This document shows positions 1 to 11,652 of a stretch of DNA of 64,000 nt, piece by piece; position 1 is the first letter of the stretch; each line of letters opens with the position of its first letter. The DNA comes from Gammaproteobacteria bacterium (lineage in GTDB: Bacteria; Pseudomonadota; Gammaproteobacteria; Ga0077536): assembly GCA_963662545.2 (NCBI GenBank), contig CAXXLL010000003.1:2464001-2528000 (forward strand), written 5' to 3'. The position numbers and the translations under genes were made by a program. The notes beneath the pieces are model-generated. The model was given only the letters and a program-made list of their open reading frames with translations, was not told the origin of the DNA and ran no database searches.

Positions 1-238
1 GCGGGGTCACTACGTGCCCCATGGCTTCCGCTCCAGCTTCCGCGACTGGTCCGGTGAGGTCTCCAGCTTCCCGCGCGACGTGGCGGAGATGGCCCTGGCC
101 CACGTCATCGAGAACAAGGTGGAGGCCGCCTACCGACGCGGGGATCTGTTCGCCAAGCGCCGCAAGATGATGCAGGAATGGGCGGACTACGTAGGCAAGC
201 CACTAGCCGAAGTCATACCGATCGGCACACACGCCTGA
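1..238 (+). CDS. P4-like tyrosine integrase, C-terminal part (runs off window)
   Basis: HGFRSSFRDW...EMALAH...EAAYRRGDLFAKRRKMMQEWADY carries the HxxR, H and catalytic Y motifs of P4/IntA-type integrases. Confidence 0.93.
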   Translation, partial: RGHYVPHGFRSSFRDWSGEVSSFPRDVAEMALAHVIENKVEAAYRRGDLFAKRRKMMQEWADYVGKPLAEVIPIGTHA

Positions 239-802
239 AATGGTCAGGGCCCCCCTGGGAGGGACAGACCCTGTTCTATCCCGCAAGCCGCGTTTGCACG
301 GCCCGCTCCATCCGCTGGTGATACCCGTCAATAACCTGGCGCGCTCGGGACTGTGTTTGTCTCGATATTTATGTGGCGGCCCAGTCATTCGTCACGACTC
401 ACATGCGCGGCATCGCGGCGGTTCACCGATGGCATTCGGTGACACTTTTCGCAGCTGGTCCTTCCGTAACCGATGAAACCGATGAAACCGACACCGCCCG
501 CCACGCCCCATCGTAAACCTGGACGAACCGCAACGAACCAATCTCTTGAGTCGGTGACGACACGGTGAAGACCCTGGGAAAGCCGGTCATTGCGCAAACG
601 TCGAGCGGAGATCTGAACCACATCATCTCGGTGCTGCGGCCAGCCGGGGTCACGGTTGAGCGGCAGAAAAGCGGCCGGCGGTTGATTTTCGGGTATACGG
701 TTCACTCGAAGGGGGGGCGCTGAAAGGCGTCGCCATGCGCGCGGGGCCGTGGTGGATAGACACTCGATACGGTCCCTGAACGAACAGCATTGGAGGATCA
801 TT

Positions 803-846
803 GGCGTTTATATACTTCACGACAAGTCGTCAAGTATATAAACGCC
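803..846. repeat. 44-bp near-perfect palindrome, possibly two fused IS1595-like ends
   Basis: GGCGTTTATATACTT (803-817) and AAGTATATAAACGCC (832-846) are a perfect 15-bp inverted repeat; it marks the break point of the FAH fragment. Confidence 0.7.
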
Positions 847-1113
847 GGTACTTTCGTATAGACCGGCTACACGGGCCACCCTGGGCAGGAAACGTTTGAC
901 CATGCCGCGGGCGGCATCGTTGATGTGCTTCTCAAAGAGCATGAAGTCTCGGAATGAGCGCGGCTCAACTGGCAAGACGATGCGGCCCGCGTTTACCTCC
1001 GCCTCGGGAAGGTCGTCCAATAGGCCGTTTAGTTCCGCCCAGCCTTCGCTTAGCAGTTGCGGAAATGGCAAGACAGAGATTGGATTATCCTCGCCGATAC
1101 CGTGACGTGCCAT
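847..1113 (-). pseudogene. Fumarylacetoacetate hydrolase family protein, N-terminal fragment
   Basis: LPVEPRSFRDFMLFEKH motif typical of FAH-family N-terminal regions; truncated at the palindrome. Confidence 0.6.
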
Positions 1114-2585
1114 AAGCTTGGCTACGGTATCCGACCCGGTCAGCCGATGCCATTGGCCCCCAGTATTGGCCTCGACGAAAAATCTGTCGAACCACGTCGT
1201 AGCTTGAGTCCATGTCGAATACTTCCGAACGTTGAAGGATGCGGTCAGTGGAGTTGATCAAGTCTTCGGCAAGTATTCCTATGTCACGTCTAACGAGCTT
1301 GCCGTCCCGTTTCAGGACTTCGCCATCGACCATGACTGTGTCGATATTCCTGACATTCGCGCACATCACCACCGAATGTACCGCGTGGCGGACCGGAACC
1401 ATGTTGATGTCCAACTTGCGGATCAGCTGAATATCCGCTCGCTTGCCAACGGTCAGGCTGCCCGTGATATCGCCTAGGTCGAGCGCCTCCGCCCCGTTGA
1501 TCGTTGCAGCGTGCAGCACGTCGATCGATTTGTAGTCGAGTTTTTCCGTAAACAGCATGTTGTGCGCCATGTCCTCGTTATGCAGGCCACGCCCGCCAGC
1601 GCCAGACGCATGTGCGTGAACATGTCGGCGCTGTTGTTGGAGACGATATCGATGCCCAAACTGACCTTGCCGCCCGCCGCCTCAAAGCGTTGCGTGACCG
1701 GAAATCCCATGGCCATCTGCAACTCTGTTTCGGGCGTAGCCGCGAGCGAAGCGCCGTTATCGGCAATCAGGCGCAATTCGTGATCCTTGAAACCCCAACC
1801 ATGCACAAAGTGGAAATCGGGCTTCATCGCTCCGGCTTTATACAGCCGCTCCGCAAACTTGGTGTACTGGCTCGCCGCGCCAAGACCCGCATGGATCGAA
1901 ATCTTGTGTGCCCCCAGGTCTCACGCAAAGTCGATTTCGCGAAGTGAGTGGTGCAGCGGGAACCATTCCAGCTCGGTCAAGGCCAAACCGAACCGGACAC
2001 GGCCGTGATTATCGTGAAAGTGTTTCTCGCGAGTTTTGCGGGCATTTCCATTATATGGGCTGGCGGGTTTAACATCCGCTGGATCGAGAATTCAGATACA
2101 TTCTCGTTCTCCGGGTTCGGATAGAGCCCGTAGTAAAATACGCCCCGCGCGCCGGAACCCTTGAACGCGGCGATAGCGCGGTCGGAATGCTCCATCGAAT
2201 TCATGATGTGGCAATGATCGATCAGCGTCGTGCAGCCTGCATTCAACGCTTCGAGATAACCCATCAGAATGCCGATATAGACATCGTCCGGGTCGTAGCA
2301 TGCGCTAAAGACGTTGCGGATTTGCGCCGCGTAATCGACCAGAGTGCCGTCGCCCATGCGGGCGCGCAGCTGGGTTTGCCACATGTGTCGATGTGCATCG
2401 ACAAATCCGGGCATCGCGATGTGGTCCTTCGCCTCAATCACCTCGGCGTTGGGAGCGTCAATGCTGCGCGCAATATCGACGATTTTGCCGTCCTCGATCA
2501 GGATATCCGCGCAAGCCATCTCTCCGACCCGGTCGTCCATCGTCAAGAGATGGCCGCCTCAGATTAAAGTCCGTTGTGTTGCCAT
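1085..2585 (-). pseudogene. Amidohydrolase (SsnA/MTA-SAH deaminase-like), disrupted
   Basis: MPGFVDAHRHMWQ, TTLIDHCH, LGIDIVS and GSLTVGKRADI are split over three frames; ATG at 2585 is followed by an in-frame TGA at 2559-2561. Confidence 0.85.
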
Positions 2586-2728
2586 AATTTTCTTCCTGAA
2601 GGTATCCTGGCCTCGGAGCCGTTTTTCGCTATCGTTCTCAAGGGTATTGTCAGAGTAAATCGGCTTGAGCCAGGAAATGGCGTCCGCCACTCAACAGGGC
2701 AGGAACTCGCGGTCATGAGCCACGCGCC

Positions 2729-3000
2729 GGTAATGACAAGTTAACTGATTTTATCCGATGCTGGTGGCATGAACTTGTACAAGCGCCCCCGTTTTCCACC
2801 CGACATCATGAGCTATGCAGTGTGGTTGTATCACCGGTTCAATCTGAGCCATAGGGGTATCGAAGAGCTGCTGGTCGAGTGGGGTATCACCGTCAGCTAC
2901 GAGTCAATTCGCCTTTGGGGCATCAAGTTCGGGCCTGAATTTGCCAAGCGGCGGCGTCGCAAGCATTGGGGCTTCGGCGACACAAGTTCATACCACCACC
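2729..3000 (+). mobile_element. IS6 family remnant (5' part of transposase)
   Basis: YKRPRFPPDIMSYAVWLYHRFNLSHRGIEELL...VSYESIRLW is an IS6 transposase N-terminus. Confidence 0.85.
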
Positions 3001-3372
3001 ATCGGATAAAATCAGGTGACTTGTCATTGCCGCTGAGCTATCCAGCCGCGCCAATGGACTGACCTCATACGGTGGGTGGCCATGGTTCGTCAGCTCACCC
3101 CCCCGCTCTCGAAACCTCGTTCGGGTTGTCTACCTACCCGCTTATGCCTCTGGCTTTGGGTTCGGTTGGCGCCGGTTTGAATCAACCAGTGCCTCGACGC
3201 CACCTTCATCCACCGCCGCTTTGTAGCGATAGAACGTATCTCGGGACAGGCCCATGACTTTGCACGCCTTGGACACGTTCCCCAGTTCTTCGGCCAGATT
3301 TAGCAATCTGAAGTGGCCCCAGTTTAACGGACACCTAGAAAGGGACTACGCTGTCCCTGAAGGAGATGTCCG

Positions 3373-3675
3373 ATGTCGAGGAAGCCGTACCAACGTTATA
3401 GCAAGGAATTCAAGCTGGAAGCCATTCGGTTTGCAGCGGAGTGTGATAAGCCGGTGACAGCGGTCACTCGGGAACTAGGACTGCGGGTCAACCAGATCTA
3501 CAAATGGAAGCAGCAGCTCGAGACCAAGGGCGATAGCGCGTTTCTCGGTCACGGCCGTGCAGGCGGTCTGGAAGCAGAGAATGCGCGCCTGCGTCGCGAG
3601 CTAGCGGCAGCAGAAGAAGAAGAAGTTACCATTTTAAAAAAAGTGTCGGCGTACTTCGCCAAGGAATCCCTGTGA
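3373..3675 (+). CDS. IS3 transposase OrfA
   Basis: YSKEFKLEAI...VTRELGL HTH and LEAENARLRREL coiled coil. Confidence 0.9.
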   Translation: MSRKPYQRYSKEFKLEAIRFAAECDKPVTAVTRELGLRVNQIYKWKQQLETKGDSAFLGHGRAGGLEAENARLRRELAAAEEEEVTILKKVSAYFAKESL

Positions 3676-4534
3676 AGTACGCCTTTATTGAGGGCCATCG
3701 CGATGCGTTCAAGATCTGGCGGATGTGCAAGGTGTTGGCGGTTTCGTCAAGCGGCTACTACGACTGGCGTAAACGGCCGGAGAGTGTGCGCTCGCAGCGT
3801 CATCGCCGCTTGAGTGGTCCGATACGTGCCAGTTTTGAAGCGAGCCACAAAACCTATGGTGCTCGGCGCATTCGTGATGACCTGGTCGATGCGGGGGAAC
3901 GCGTCGGTCGCCATACCGTCGGGCGATTGTTGAAACGGCTGGGCCTGGAGCCGAAGACGGTGCGGCGTTTTCGCGTGACGACAGATTCGCGCAAGACCAT
4001 CGCCGCGCCGAATCTCCTGGCCCAGGACTTTCACGCCCAGCGGCCCGACGAACGTTGGGTCTCGGATGTGACCTTTATCCCGACACGCCAGGGCTGGCTA
4101 TATCTATCGGTGTTCATTGACCTGTTTTCACGTGCGGTCGTCGGCTGGTCGATGGATACGCGGCTTAAACGTGCGCTGGTGGTTGAGGCCCTCACCATGG
4201 CGCTGACGCGGCGTGCCCCGAAAGCCCTGAAGCTGGTCCATTCCGATCAGGGCTCGCAATACACGGCGGCCGAGTATCAATCGCTCGTGACCCAGCAAGG
4301 CGCCCAGTGCAGCATGTCGCGCAAAGGCTGCTGTTGGGATAACGCGGTCGCGGAAAGTTTTTCCACACGCTAAAAACCGAGCTGGTTCATCATGAGGACT
4401 ATCGAACCCGCCAGGCAGCTCGCAGCAGTATCTTTCGATACATCGAGGGTTTCTATAATCGCAACCGGCGCCACTCGTTTATCGGTAGCCAAGACCCGTT
4501 CACGTTTGAACTAAACTATGCAATCAACCCTTAA
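3672..4534 (+). pseudogene. IS3 transposase OrfB (DDE), frameshifted near 4360
   Basis: WVSDVTF, HSDQGSQY and CWDNAVAESF motifs; one T is missing in a T-run, after which HTLKTE continues in another frame. Confidence 0.85.
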
Positions 4535-4839
4535 TCAACTGTCCGTTTTACTGGGACCACTTCAATCCGACCTTGTGCTTGATGACTTTCTCGTTAGTAT
4601 TCAACATGAGGGTTACCTCTTTATGGTTTTGATGTTGCTTGGTAACTCCATCAAAACCGGTAACCCTCGCTTTCTTCAAGCGCGGTGTCAGATCAGGTCG
4701 AAACTTCTACACATAACGCCCTTTATTATCGTAATCGTCGCCGTTTTGGGGGCGGCATCGCGGGCCGAGGAACGAGCCCCGAGCTTGGATTGAGCCGTAC
4801 ATTCTAGGCGACGAGTCACTTTGCGGGGGCCGTAGGGCG

Positions 4840-5170
4840 GGCGGCTTCTCCGTTCATGCCGGCCTGGCCGCCGCGCCGTGGGCACGCAACAAGCTCGAAC
4901 GTCTCACCTGCTACATCACCCGCCCCGCGCTCTCCGAAAAACGACTCTCGCTGACCGCCCACGGCCTCGCGCGCTACGAACTCAAAACCCCCTATCGTGA
5001 CGGCGCCACGTCCGTGTTCTTCGAACCTCTCGATTTCATCGCCCGGCTCGCCGCCCTCATCCCCAAACCGCGCATCAACCTCATTCGCTACCACGGCGCC
5101 AGGTAATCTACTTGAGCCCCCAACAGCACCCATCGCGCCGCCGTCACACCCGCCAGGCAGGGGCGCTTCG
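4840..5170 (+). mobile_element. IS91/ISCR transposase remnant
   Basis: KLERLTCYITRPALSEKRLSLT...[39 protein letters not shown] is homologous to the intact copy at 34999-36501. Confidence 0.85.
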
Positions 5171-5330
5171 AGGTCTATGCCAATCGCGCGGAACCCGAAT
5201 CTGGACACGCCGCCGTACTGGACACGCGAACAGATAGACTCCTTTTTACGACCGGCGCCGCCTGCCCAAACTCGCGGCATCGCCTGCGCACGGGATAATA
5301 TGCGTCATTGATCCGCAGCGGGAGTCGATC

Positions 5331-6621
5331 ATGAAACCACAGCTATTCACCAACGTCGTCGTGTTCGACGGCGAAGGGACGCCACCCGTCCCCGCCGACG
5401 TGCTCGTCGAAGGCAACCGCATTCGCGCCGTGGGCGCGCCGGGCGCGCTCGATCGCCGCGACGCAGAAGTCGTCGACGGTGGCGGTAACACGCTCATGCC
5501 GGGCATGGTCGAGGCCCATGCCCACGTCACCTACACCAACTTCGTGCAGCTCAAGGAGCTCGGCGAGATCCCGGTCGAGGAGCACGTGCTGGCGACGATG
5601 GAGAACGTGAAGCTCATGCTCGATGCGGGCTTCACCAGCGTCTACTCCGCGGCGTCGTCGAAGCTCCGGCTCGAGGCCGTGATCCGCGACGCGATCGACG
5701 CAGGCCGAATTCCAGGCCCGCGCATGCGCGCGGCGTCGCCCGAGATCACCTCGACAGGCGGGCTCGGCGACGTTCGCCAGCTCCACATGCACCACGAGGG
5801 CGTCGAGATCGTCGCCGACGGCGTGGACGAGATGCGCCGCACCGTGCGCACGGTGATCCGCGAAGGCGTCGACACAATCAAGGTCAACATCTCCGGCGAT
5901 AACTTCGTGCGCCGCGGCTTCGGCAGGCGTTGCTCCTATTCGGAGGCGGAAGTGGCCGCGGCCGCCGAGGAGGCGCACGAACGCGGCGCTTGGCTGGCGT
6001 GCCACGCACGCGCCGACGGCGCCGTAAGAATGGCGCTGCGGCACGGATTCCGCGTCATCTATCACTGCGATTTCATCGAGGGAGAGACCTACGACCTCCT
6101 CGAGGCCGCGCGACGACGACGTCTTCCTCGCGCCGGCGCTCGGGATCATCTACACCACCGCCCACGAGGCCGAGCCATGGGGCATCACCAAGGAGGTCGC
6201 GCAGCACATGGAGATGTACGAGATGCTGGAGACCGCGCCGGGGGTGTACGCCGAGCTCAGGCGCCGCGGGGTGCGTGTGCTCCCGGGCGGCGACTACGGC
6301 TTCGCGTGGAATCCGATGGGAACCAACGCACGCGACCTCGAGCATTTCGTCAAGCTGCTCGGGTACTCGCCGGCGCAGGCACTGAGCGCGGCGACCAAGC
6401 TCGGCGGCGCGCTGATGGACATGCCGGACCTCGGCCTGATCAAGGAGGGCTACCTGGCGGACCTGCTGCTCGTCAAGGGAAACCCGGTTGAGGATGTGCG
6501 TATCCTCCAGGACAAGGGCAACCTGATCGTGATCATGAAGGACGGGTGCTATCACAAGCGCCTGGGCGCGGCCGAGGGGCAGCCGGTCCATCAGGAGCCG
6601 CTCACCGCCGTGTGGCAATGA
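5331..6621 (+). pseudogene. Amidohydrolase family protein (prolidase/imidazolonepropionase-like), frameshift near 6110
   Basis: TLMPGMVEAHAH, GVDTIK and CHAR in one frame; PGGDYGF and GLIKEGYLADLLLV in the next frame. Confidence 0.85.
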
Positions 6622-6673
6622 CCATGGCACAGGCGCACCCGCCCGCGCGGCAATCAAAAGGAGAACATCGGTT

Positions 6674-7452
6674 ATGACTTCCGAACAGAACATGGTCTTC
6701 GAGGTCGCGGGGGAAGGCGTGCCCGTGCTGCTGGTGCACGGGCTCGGCGGTACCGCCAACGTGTGGGCCGGGCAGGCGGGGATCCTGGCTCGTCATTTCA
6801 AGGTGGTGCGCCCGGATCTTCCGGGCTCCGGGCGCTCCCCGTTCTCCGGGACACTGTCGACCGGAAGCCTGGTCGCGGCGCTGCACGCGCTCCTCGACTC
6901 GAACGCGCTCGGCGCGGTGCATCTGGTCGGCCACTCCTACGGTAGCATCGTGTGTCAGCATTTCGCTGCGCAGCATCCGCAATCCGTGCGCAGCCTCGCG
7001 CTCATGGGTGCGTTCGCCGCGCCGCCCGATCCCGTGCGCGGGGTCTTGCGGGAGCGTGCCGCCGCGGCCCGCGGCGGCGGCATGGTGCAGATCGCCGATG
7101 CGACCGTGCAGAACGGCACTTCATCGCATGCCCGTGCGGACCGTCCGGAGGCGGCGGGATTCGTGCGCGAGCTCGTGATGCGCCAGGATCCGGAAGGTTA
7201 CGCTGCGACCTGCGAAGCAATCGCCGCGACCGAGGCGGCCGACCTCGCCGGCGTGCGGGTGCCGGCCTTCGTGATGAACGGCGACTAGGACGCCACGTCG
7301 CCGCCGGCCGCCGGTGCCGCCATCGCGCGCGCCATTCCCGGCGCGCGCTTCACCGTGGTCGCGCGCTGCGGCCACTGGACCCCGATCGAGCAGGCCGAGG
7401 AGGTGGCCCGCGGCCTAATCGATTTCCTGTTCGGCGCTGCGGCCGGCGCCTA
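6674..7452 (+). pseudogene. Alpha/beta hydrolase (enol-lactonase-like) with in-frame TAG at 7286-7288
   Basis: LLVHGLGG and GHSYG motifs; reading continues DATSPP...CGHWTPIE after the stop; paralog of 20388-21164. Confidence 0.85.
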
Positions 7453-7466
7453 GCCCGGGCCCCATC

Positions 7467-8351
7467 ATGAACGCGGCGGCGGCCGTGTACCGGGATTTCG
7501 ATCAGGCCGCGCTCGATGCGCAGTACAACAACCGCGCGCGCTTTCCTAACTTCCACGACCACTTCGAGGCGTGGGGACGCTGGAGCGCGGCCACGCGTGC
7601 AACGACGCCAGGGTTCATCGACGTAGCCTTCGGCGCGTCGGCGCCCGAGAAGATCGACGTCTTTCCCGCGGAGACCGACAGCGCGCCGCTGTACGTGTTC
7701 ATCCACGGCGGCTACTGGTACTCGCTCGACAAGGCCGATTACAGCTACGTGAGCGACGGGCTCAGGCCGCACGGCATCGCCACGGTGGTGAACAACTTCG
7801 GGCTCGCCCCGCAGCACGACATGGACGAAATCCTGCGGCAGAACCGCGCCGCACTCGCGTGGCTGTGGCGCCACGCGCGCGACTACGGCGGCGATCCCGA
7901 TCGCATCTACGTCGCCGGGCACTCTGCCGGCGGCCACCTCGCCGCGATGCTGCTGGCGACGGACTGGCCGGCCTTCGGCGAGGGGCTGCCCGCGGACCTC
8001 GTCAAGGGCGCGTGCGCGATCGGAGGGATCTTCGATCTCGATCCGATCCGGCTTTCGTTCCTGAACGAGAAGCTCGCCCTCACACCGGAACAGGTCGCAC
8101 GCCACAGCCCGCTTGGCCAGGCTTACCCGCGAGCAGCGCCGCTTCTGCTGATCGTCGCGGTCGACGAATCGCCCGAGTTCCATCGACAATCCGCCGAGAT
8201 GCATGCGCTCTGGCGTCGCCTCGGCTACCCAGTGGAATCGGTCGTGCCCGCAGGGCTCGATCACTTCGACGTGGTGAACCAGCTTCGCGATCCGCAGTGC
8301 GAGCTGGTGCGCCTGCAACTGCTCCAGATCGCCCTGGCGTTCGGCGCGTAA
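7467..8351 (+). CDS. Arylformamidase/kynurenine formamidase-like esterase
   Basis: LDAQYNNRA, FIHGGYW, GHSAGGHL and DHFDV motifs. Confidence 0.88.
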   Translation: MNAAAAVYRDFDQAALDAQYNNRARFPNFHDHFEAWGRWSAATRATTPGFIDVAFGASAPEKIDVFPAETDSAPLYVFIHGGYWYSLDKADYSYVSDGLRPHGIATVVNNFGLAPQHDMDEILRQNRAALAWLWRHARDYGGDPDRIYVAGHSAGGHLAAMLLATDWPAFGEGLPADLVKGACAIGGIFDLDPIRLSFLNEKLALTPEQVARHSPLGQAYPRAAPLLLIVAVDESPEFHRQSAEMHALWRRLGYPVESVVPAGLDHFDVVNQLRDPQCELVRLQLLQIALAFGA

Positions 8352-8500
8352 CGCGAGCACCGCGGAAGAACGTACACCGCTGCAGAATGCAAGAAGCATA
8401 AAGGCCCCTTTCTCCGAGTGCCCTTGCCCCGTGATATCATTCCTACCGTAGTTGGGTGGAAAGAGCGGTAGACGTTTCTATCGAAATCAGGAGAAAAGCC

Positions 8501-9256
8501 ATGGCGACCGTTGACATTGTTGATCGTGGGGACATGACCGAGAAGTTGATGGGGATGCTGGAGTTAGACCCGAAACAAACCGCGATCGTTACGATAGACA
8601 TGCACCGAGGGCACCTGGACCCCGAAGTTGCAACCATGCCCGCCTCGGCCGAAGACGCCGAAAAGGTCATAAAGAATGCCGAAGAAGTGTTGGACTTTGC
8701 GCGTGGCTACGGTATCCCGATCATTCACGTGAAGCTGGTATTCCGGAAAATACCCGGTCTGGGAAGCGAGGGGATGCCGGTGAAGTTCTGGAAGGCACTT
8801 CACGATATCGTAGACGAAAGCAATCGGCTGAGCCCCGGGCGCAAGAGCACGGTGGATGACCACAACATTATGGGATCGGTTCAGACCGAGCTCATCCCCA
8901 GCCTGGTCGAGGAAGGCGATTACGTCATCGACAACAAGAAGCGTCTCGACTGCTTCATGGGAACGGACCTGGAAGGTCTCCTGGATTCGCTGGGCGCAGA
9001 GAACGTGTGCCTGATGGGGATCAATACCAACACCTGTGTGATGAATACGGCTTTCACGGCTTTCAATAAGGACTACCGGGTAGTGGTGATGTCTGACTGC
9101 GTCGCCAGCATGTATGGTGAGGATCTCCACGTGCTCGGACTGCAGAATATCTGCCGATGCCTCGGCTGGGTCGTGAATAACGAAGAGTTCAAGGCGAAGG
9201 TGGCGGAGTCTCGTGGCGCGGACGAGCCCCAGGCAGCCGTTTCCGGGGTAGTCTGA
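8501..9256 (+). CDS. Isochorismatase/cysteine hydrolase
   Basis: TAIVTIDM, KKRLDCF and GINTNTCV give the D-K-C triad; RBS AGGAGA precedes ATG 8501. Confidence 0.9.
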   Translation: MATVDIVDRGDMTEKLMGMLELDPKQTAIVTIDMHRGHLDPEVATMPASAEDAEKVIKNAEEVLDFARGYGIPIIHVKLVFRKIPGLGSEGMPVKFWKALHDIVDESNRLSPGRKSTVDDHNIMGSVQTELIPSLVEEGDYVIDNKKRLDCFMGTDLEGLLDSLGAENVCLMGINTNTCVMNTAFTAFNKDYRVVVMSDCVASMYGEDLHVLGLQNICRCLGWVVNNEEFKAKVAESRGADEPQAAVSGVV

Positions 9257-9453
9257 GCCGGAGCGCCGTCCGAAAGGCCGGCCGATTTCGACAAGCGTAT
9301 TGTTGCGGGGACTTAGACCTACTTATTGGTCCCTGGGCGGCTCTTTTCGTGGTGCCGGAGTCCGCCGGCGTGGGTTGGCGTTGCATGCAGCCAACGCACA
9401 GATCAAAAAGATCTACTGGCTTGCTCGAAGGAACGCATTGAACGATATTGCTT

Positions 9454-10669
9454 TCACGATGTAGCTCCTTGCGCCCCGCGCGCTTCTGCATGTGGAAACA
9501 CGAATCGTATTTCGACGCCCTTCGATTCCACCGCCTTACCGCCTTCGAAACGCGGCCTGAAGCGCGTCCCCCGCAACTGCACGCGAGCCTCCTGCGCCAG
9601 GCGCGTCTTCCCTGCTGGATTCACTTCCAGTATGGTCACGTTGCGCGCGCGCCCCTGACGGTCGATGTCGAAGCGCGTGCGTACGTAGTTGACATGACCA
9701 CCGTTTGGCGTCGATGCGCGGCCGGGATTCGTGACGTTTACGAAGCCCGGTAAACGCCTCGGTTTGTCGAACAAGGTGATGTCGGCTTCTTGGGCGAGCC
9801 TCTGCGCCCTCTTGTAGTGTACGGCGGCCGCGCTACGTCGGCCGAACAAAAGATGCCAGTCGCCGATGTGTTGCTCCGCCCGGGCCTGTGCCGCTTTGTT
9901 GTTCTGTTCCCTGCCGATCTCGACTGCTCGATCGAGCGCACCTCGCCCGGCAATGTAATTGACGATGATGCGGTTGTGGATCCGCTCACCGATCCAGGTC
10001 GACAAGTGATGCACGGTTCGAAACGAAATCGCTGCCTGTAGATTCAGGATTTCTATGTAATCAAGCGCGGATTCTTTACTCGTCGCGTCCATCGAAGCGA
10101 GCGTTTCTTCTACCATTTCCTTGGCGGTCGAGAGATGGCTGAGGGGCGCCAGGCCGGTCGGAAGCTCCGTTGCCTCCAGGTGCCAGCTGCTTGGCGGTCG
10201 CCGTTCGTGCCGTGCTTCCAGTGTCGCGGCCCCGTTCGTTGACTATCTGTAGCAGCGTATGATTTTGTGCGACTGCGGGCCAGGCGCCGAGCGCGCGATT
10301 GCTCTCGATGAGGCGCTCGCTCAGTGGGATCTGGTCCGCGTGATGCAGCCCCTTGTGTAAGCGTTCGATGTATAGCGCGTTCTCGAAGCTGTCTACTGCG
10401 GCGCGATGATCGCGGGCTCGTTGCCGCGCGAACCCGAGCGCGACCCATTCTTCCGCCAGCTCGAATGCCGACGACCCCTTGGACAGGGTCAACTCATCGA
10501 TGCGGTCCTCGTATTCTTCGAGAGCGTGCTTCAGCGCTGCGGGCGGCGCCGTGTCCTGTGCAGCGTTGGGATTCGCGGCCACCGAGATCGACGGCAAGCA
10601 TGACATCAAGGTCGCCAGAATCAACGTCGCACTTGCTCGCATGGGGCGATTTCCGCTGCCTTGAATCAA
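9454..10669 (-). pseudogene. TPR-repeat protein with TonB C-terminal domain, frameshifted near 10150
   Basis: Signal peptide, TPR-like ERLHKGLHHADQIP segment and C-terminal FDIDRQGRARNV...RFRPRFEGGKAV, split over two frames. Confidence 0.75.
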
Positions 10670-10869
10670 CGGATCCTCCTTGAAAATTCGACCTGAGTAA
10701 TTTTAGTTTGTTCCGGCGTGCGGAACACAAGCGGTCGGGCTTTGCGGGGTCGGTGCGAGAGCTGTCATGCCGAGCACCTCGTGGCGTTCAGTTGCAAACG
10801 GCGCGGTTATTGCGCCAGCTATCGTTGTGCAGGTTAGGCGAATTTGCGCGGACGTACGTCGAGCCTAGA

Positions 10870-11652
10870 TCACCGTCCAATCCCGATCATTGATCTCATC
10901 GCGTCATTGGCTTCGAGCAACTCAGCTCGATGTTTGAGATCCAAGCCGATCTGCCGACATTCCTTTTTAGAAAACCTCGTCGCGAACGCCAGAATACTTA
11001 GAGCGAATCGTGGGCGCCCATCTGGTCCCTGTACGCAGGTGGACACTTTCACGACGCCACGGATGTGGTTCCCCATATCGATTGCAAATCCATCCTTTTT
11101 CGCTTGTTCAACTTGCGCGAAGTAATCCTCGAAAGACGGAGCATCCTCCCATTGTGTTTTCTCGAACTCTGTTCGCAGAGCGTCTTTCGTCAGATCCGAA
11201 CAGGCGGCGAAGCAGCGCCCGAATGCGCCAACAAAAAGCTGGAAGTCCTGGCCAACATCGATCTTGAATCGTAATGGCGAATCTCGCTCCACGACGTCCG
11301 TTATGATCGCGCGCTCGCGCCCGACCGGAAACATCACCACCGTTGTCGTGTCGAATTTTTTGGATAATTCTTCGATTTCCGTCCGTAGAATCTTATATTC
11401 AAGACGGTAAAGCGCTCCACGTGCGAGTTCGATTAGTCCCATAGCCGGAGAGTACTTTTTACTCCGTTCGTTAAAAACCAAAACACATTCGCTAGTGAGC
11501 GTTTTCAGCAGTCGAAAGCAACTGCTGGCGTTGATGCCCAAGTCGATGGCAATTCGGTTTGCTCCTACCGGTTCTTGGCACGCGTTCAGATAACGACTAA
11601 TGCGCAGAGCATTTCTCACCGAACGAATGCCGTTCTCTTTACTTTTTGCCAT
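10870..11652 (-). CDS. IclR family transcriptional regulator
   Basis: IRSVRNALRI HTH, SSCFRLLKTL, GAFGRCFAA and GFAID motifs; start at MAKSKENG. Confidence 0.9.
   Translation of the reverse strand: MAKSKENGIRSVRNALRISRYLNACQEPVGANRIAIDLGINASSCFRLLKTLTSECVLVFNERSKKYSPAMGLIELARGALYRLEYKILRTEIEELSKKFDTTTVVMFPVGRERAIITDVVERDSPLRFKIDVGQDFQLFVGAFGRCFAACSDLTKDALRTEFEKTQWEDAPSFEDYFAQVEQAKKDGFAIDMGNHIRGVVKVSTCVQGPDGRPRFALSILAFATRFSKKECRQIGLDLKHRAELLEANDAMRSMIGIGR

Larger units (their letters stand above)
3309..4564 (+). mobile_element. IS3 family element, full length (1256 bp)
   Basis: TGAAGTGGCCCCAG...CTGGGACCACTTCA inverted repeats; 3-bp target duplication ATC. Confidence 0.93.
3063..4711 (-). mobile_element. 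IS481 family remnant interrupted by an IS3 element
   Basis: Minus strand begins TGTAGAAG at 4711; ORF MLNTNEKVIKHKVGL (ATG 4607) resumes as LNLAEELGNVSKACKVMGLSRDTFYRY beyond the IS3. Confidence 0.8.

Noticed and set aside
2559-2561. In-frame TGA as selenocysteine, given the selC fragment
   Set aside because: It lies at a non-catalytic position (probably CGA to TGA) in a gene with several other frameshifts; the selC copy is incomplete
4355-4365. Programmed frameshift late in IS3 orfB
   Set aside because: Single-base loss in a T-run far from the orfA/orfB junction; a mutation or sequencing error
7286-7288. In-frame TAG as pyrrolysine or readthrough
   Set aside because: The paralog has GDED here, so a GAG to TAG nonsense change is simpler; no pyl genes are seen
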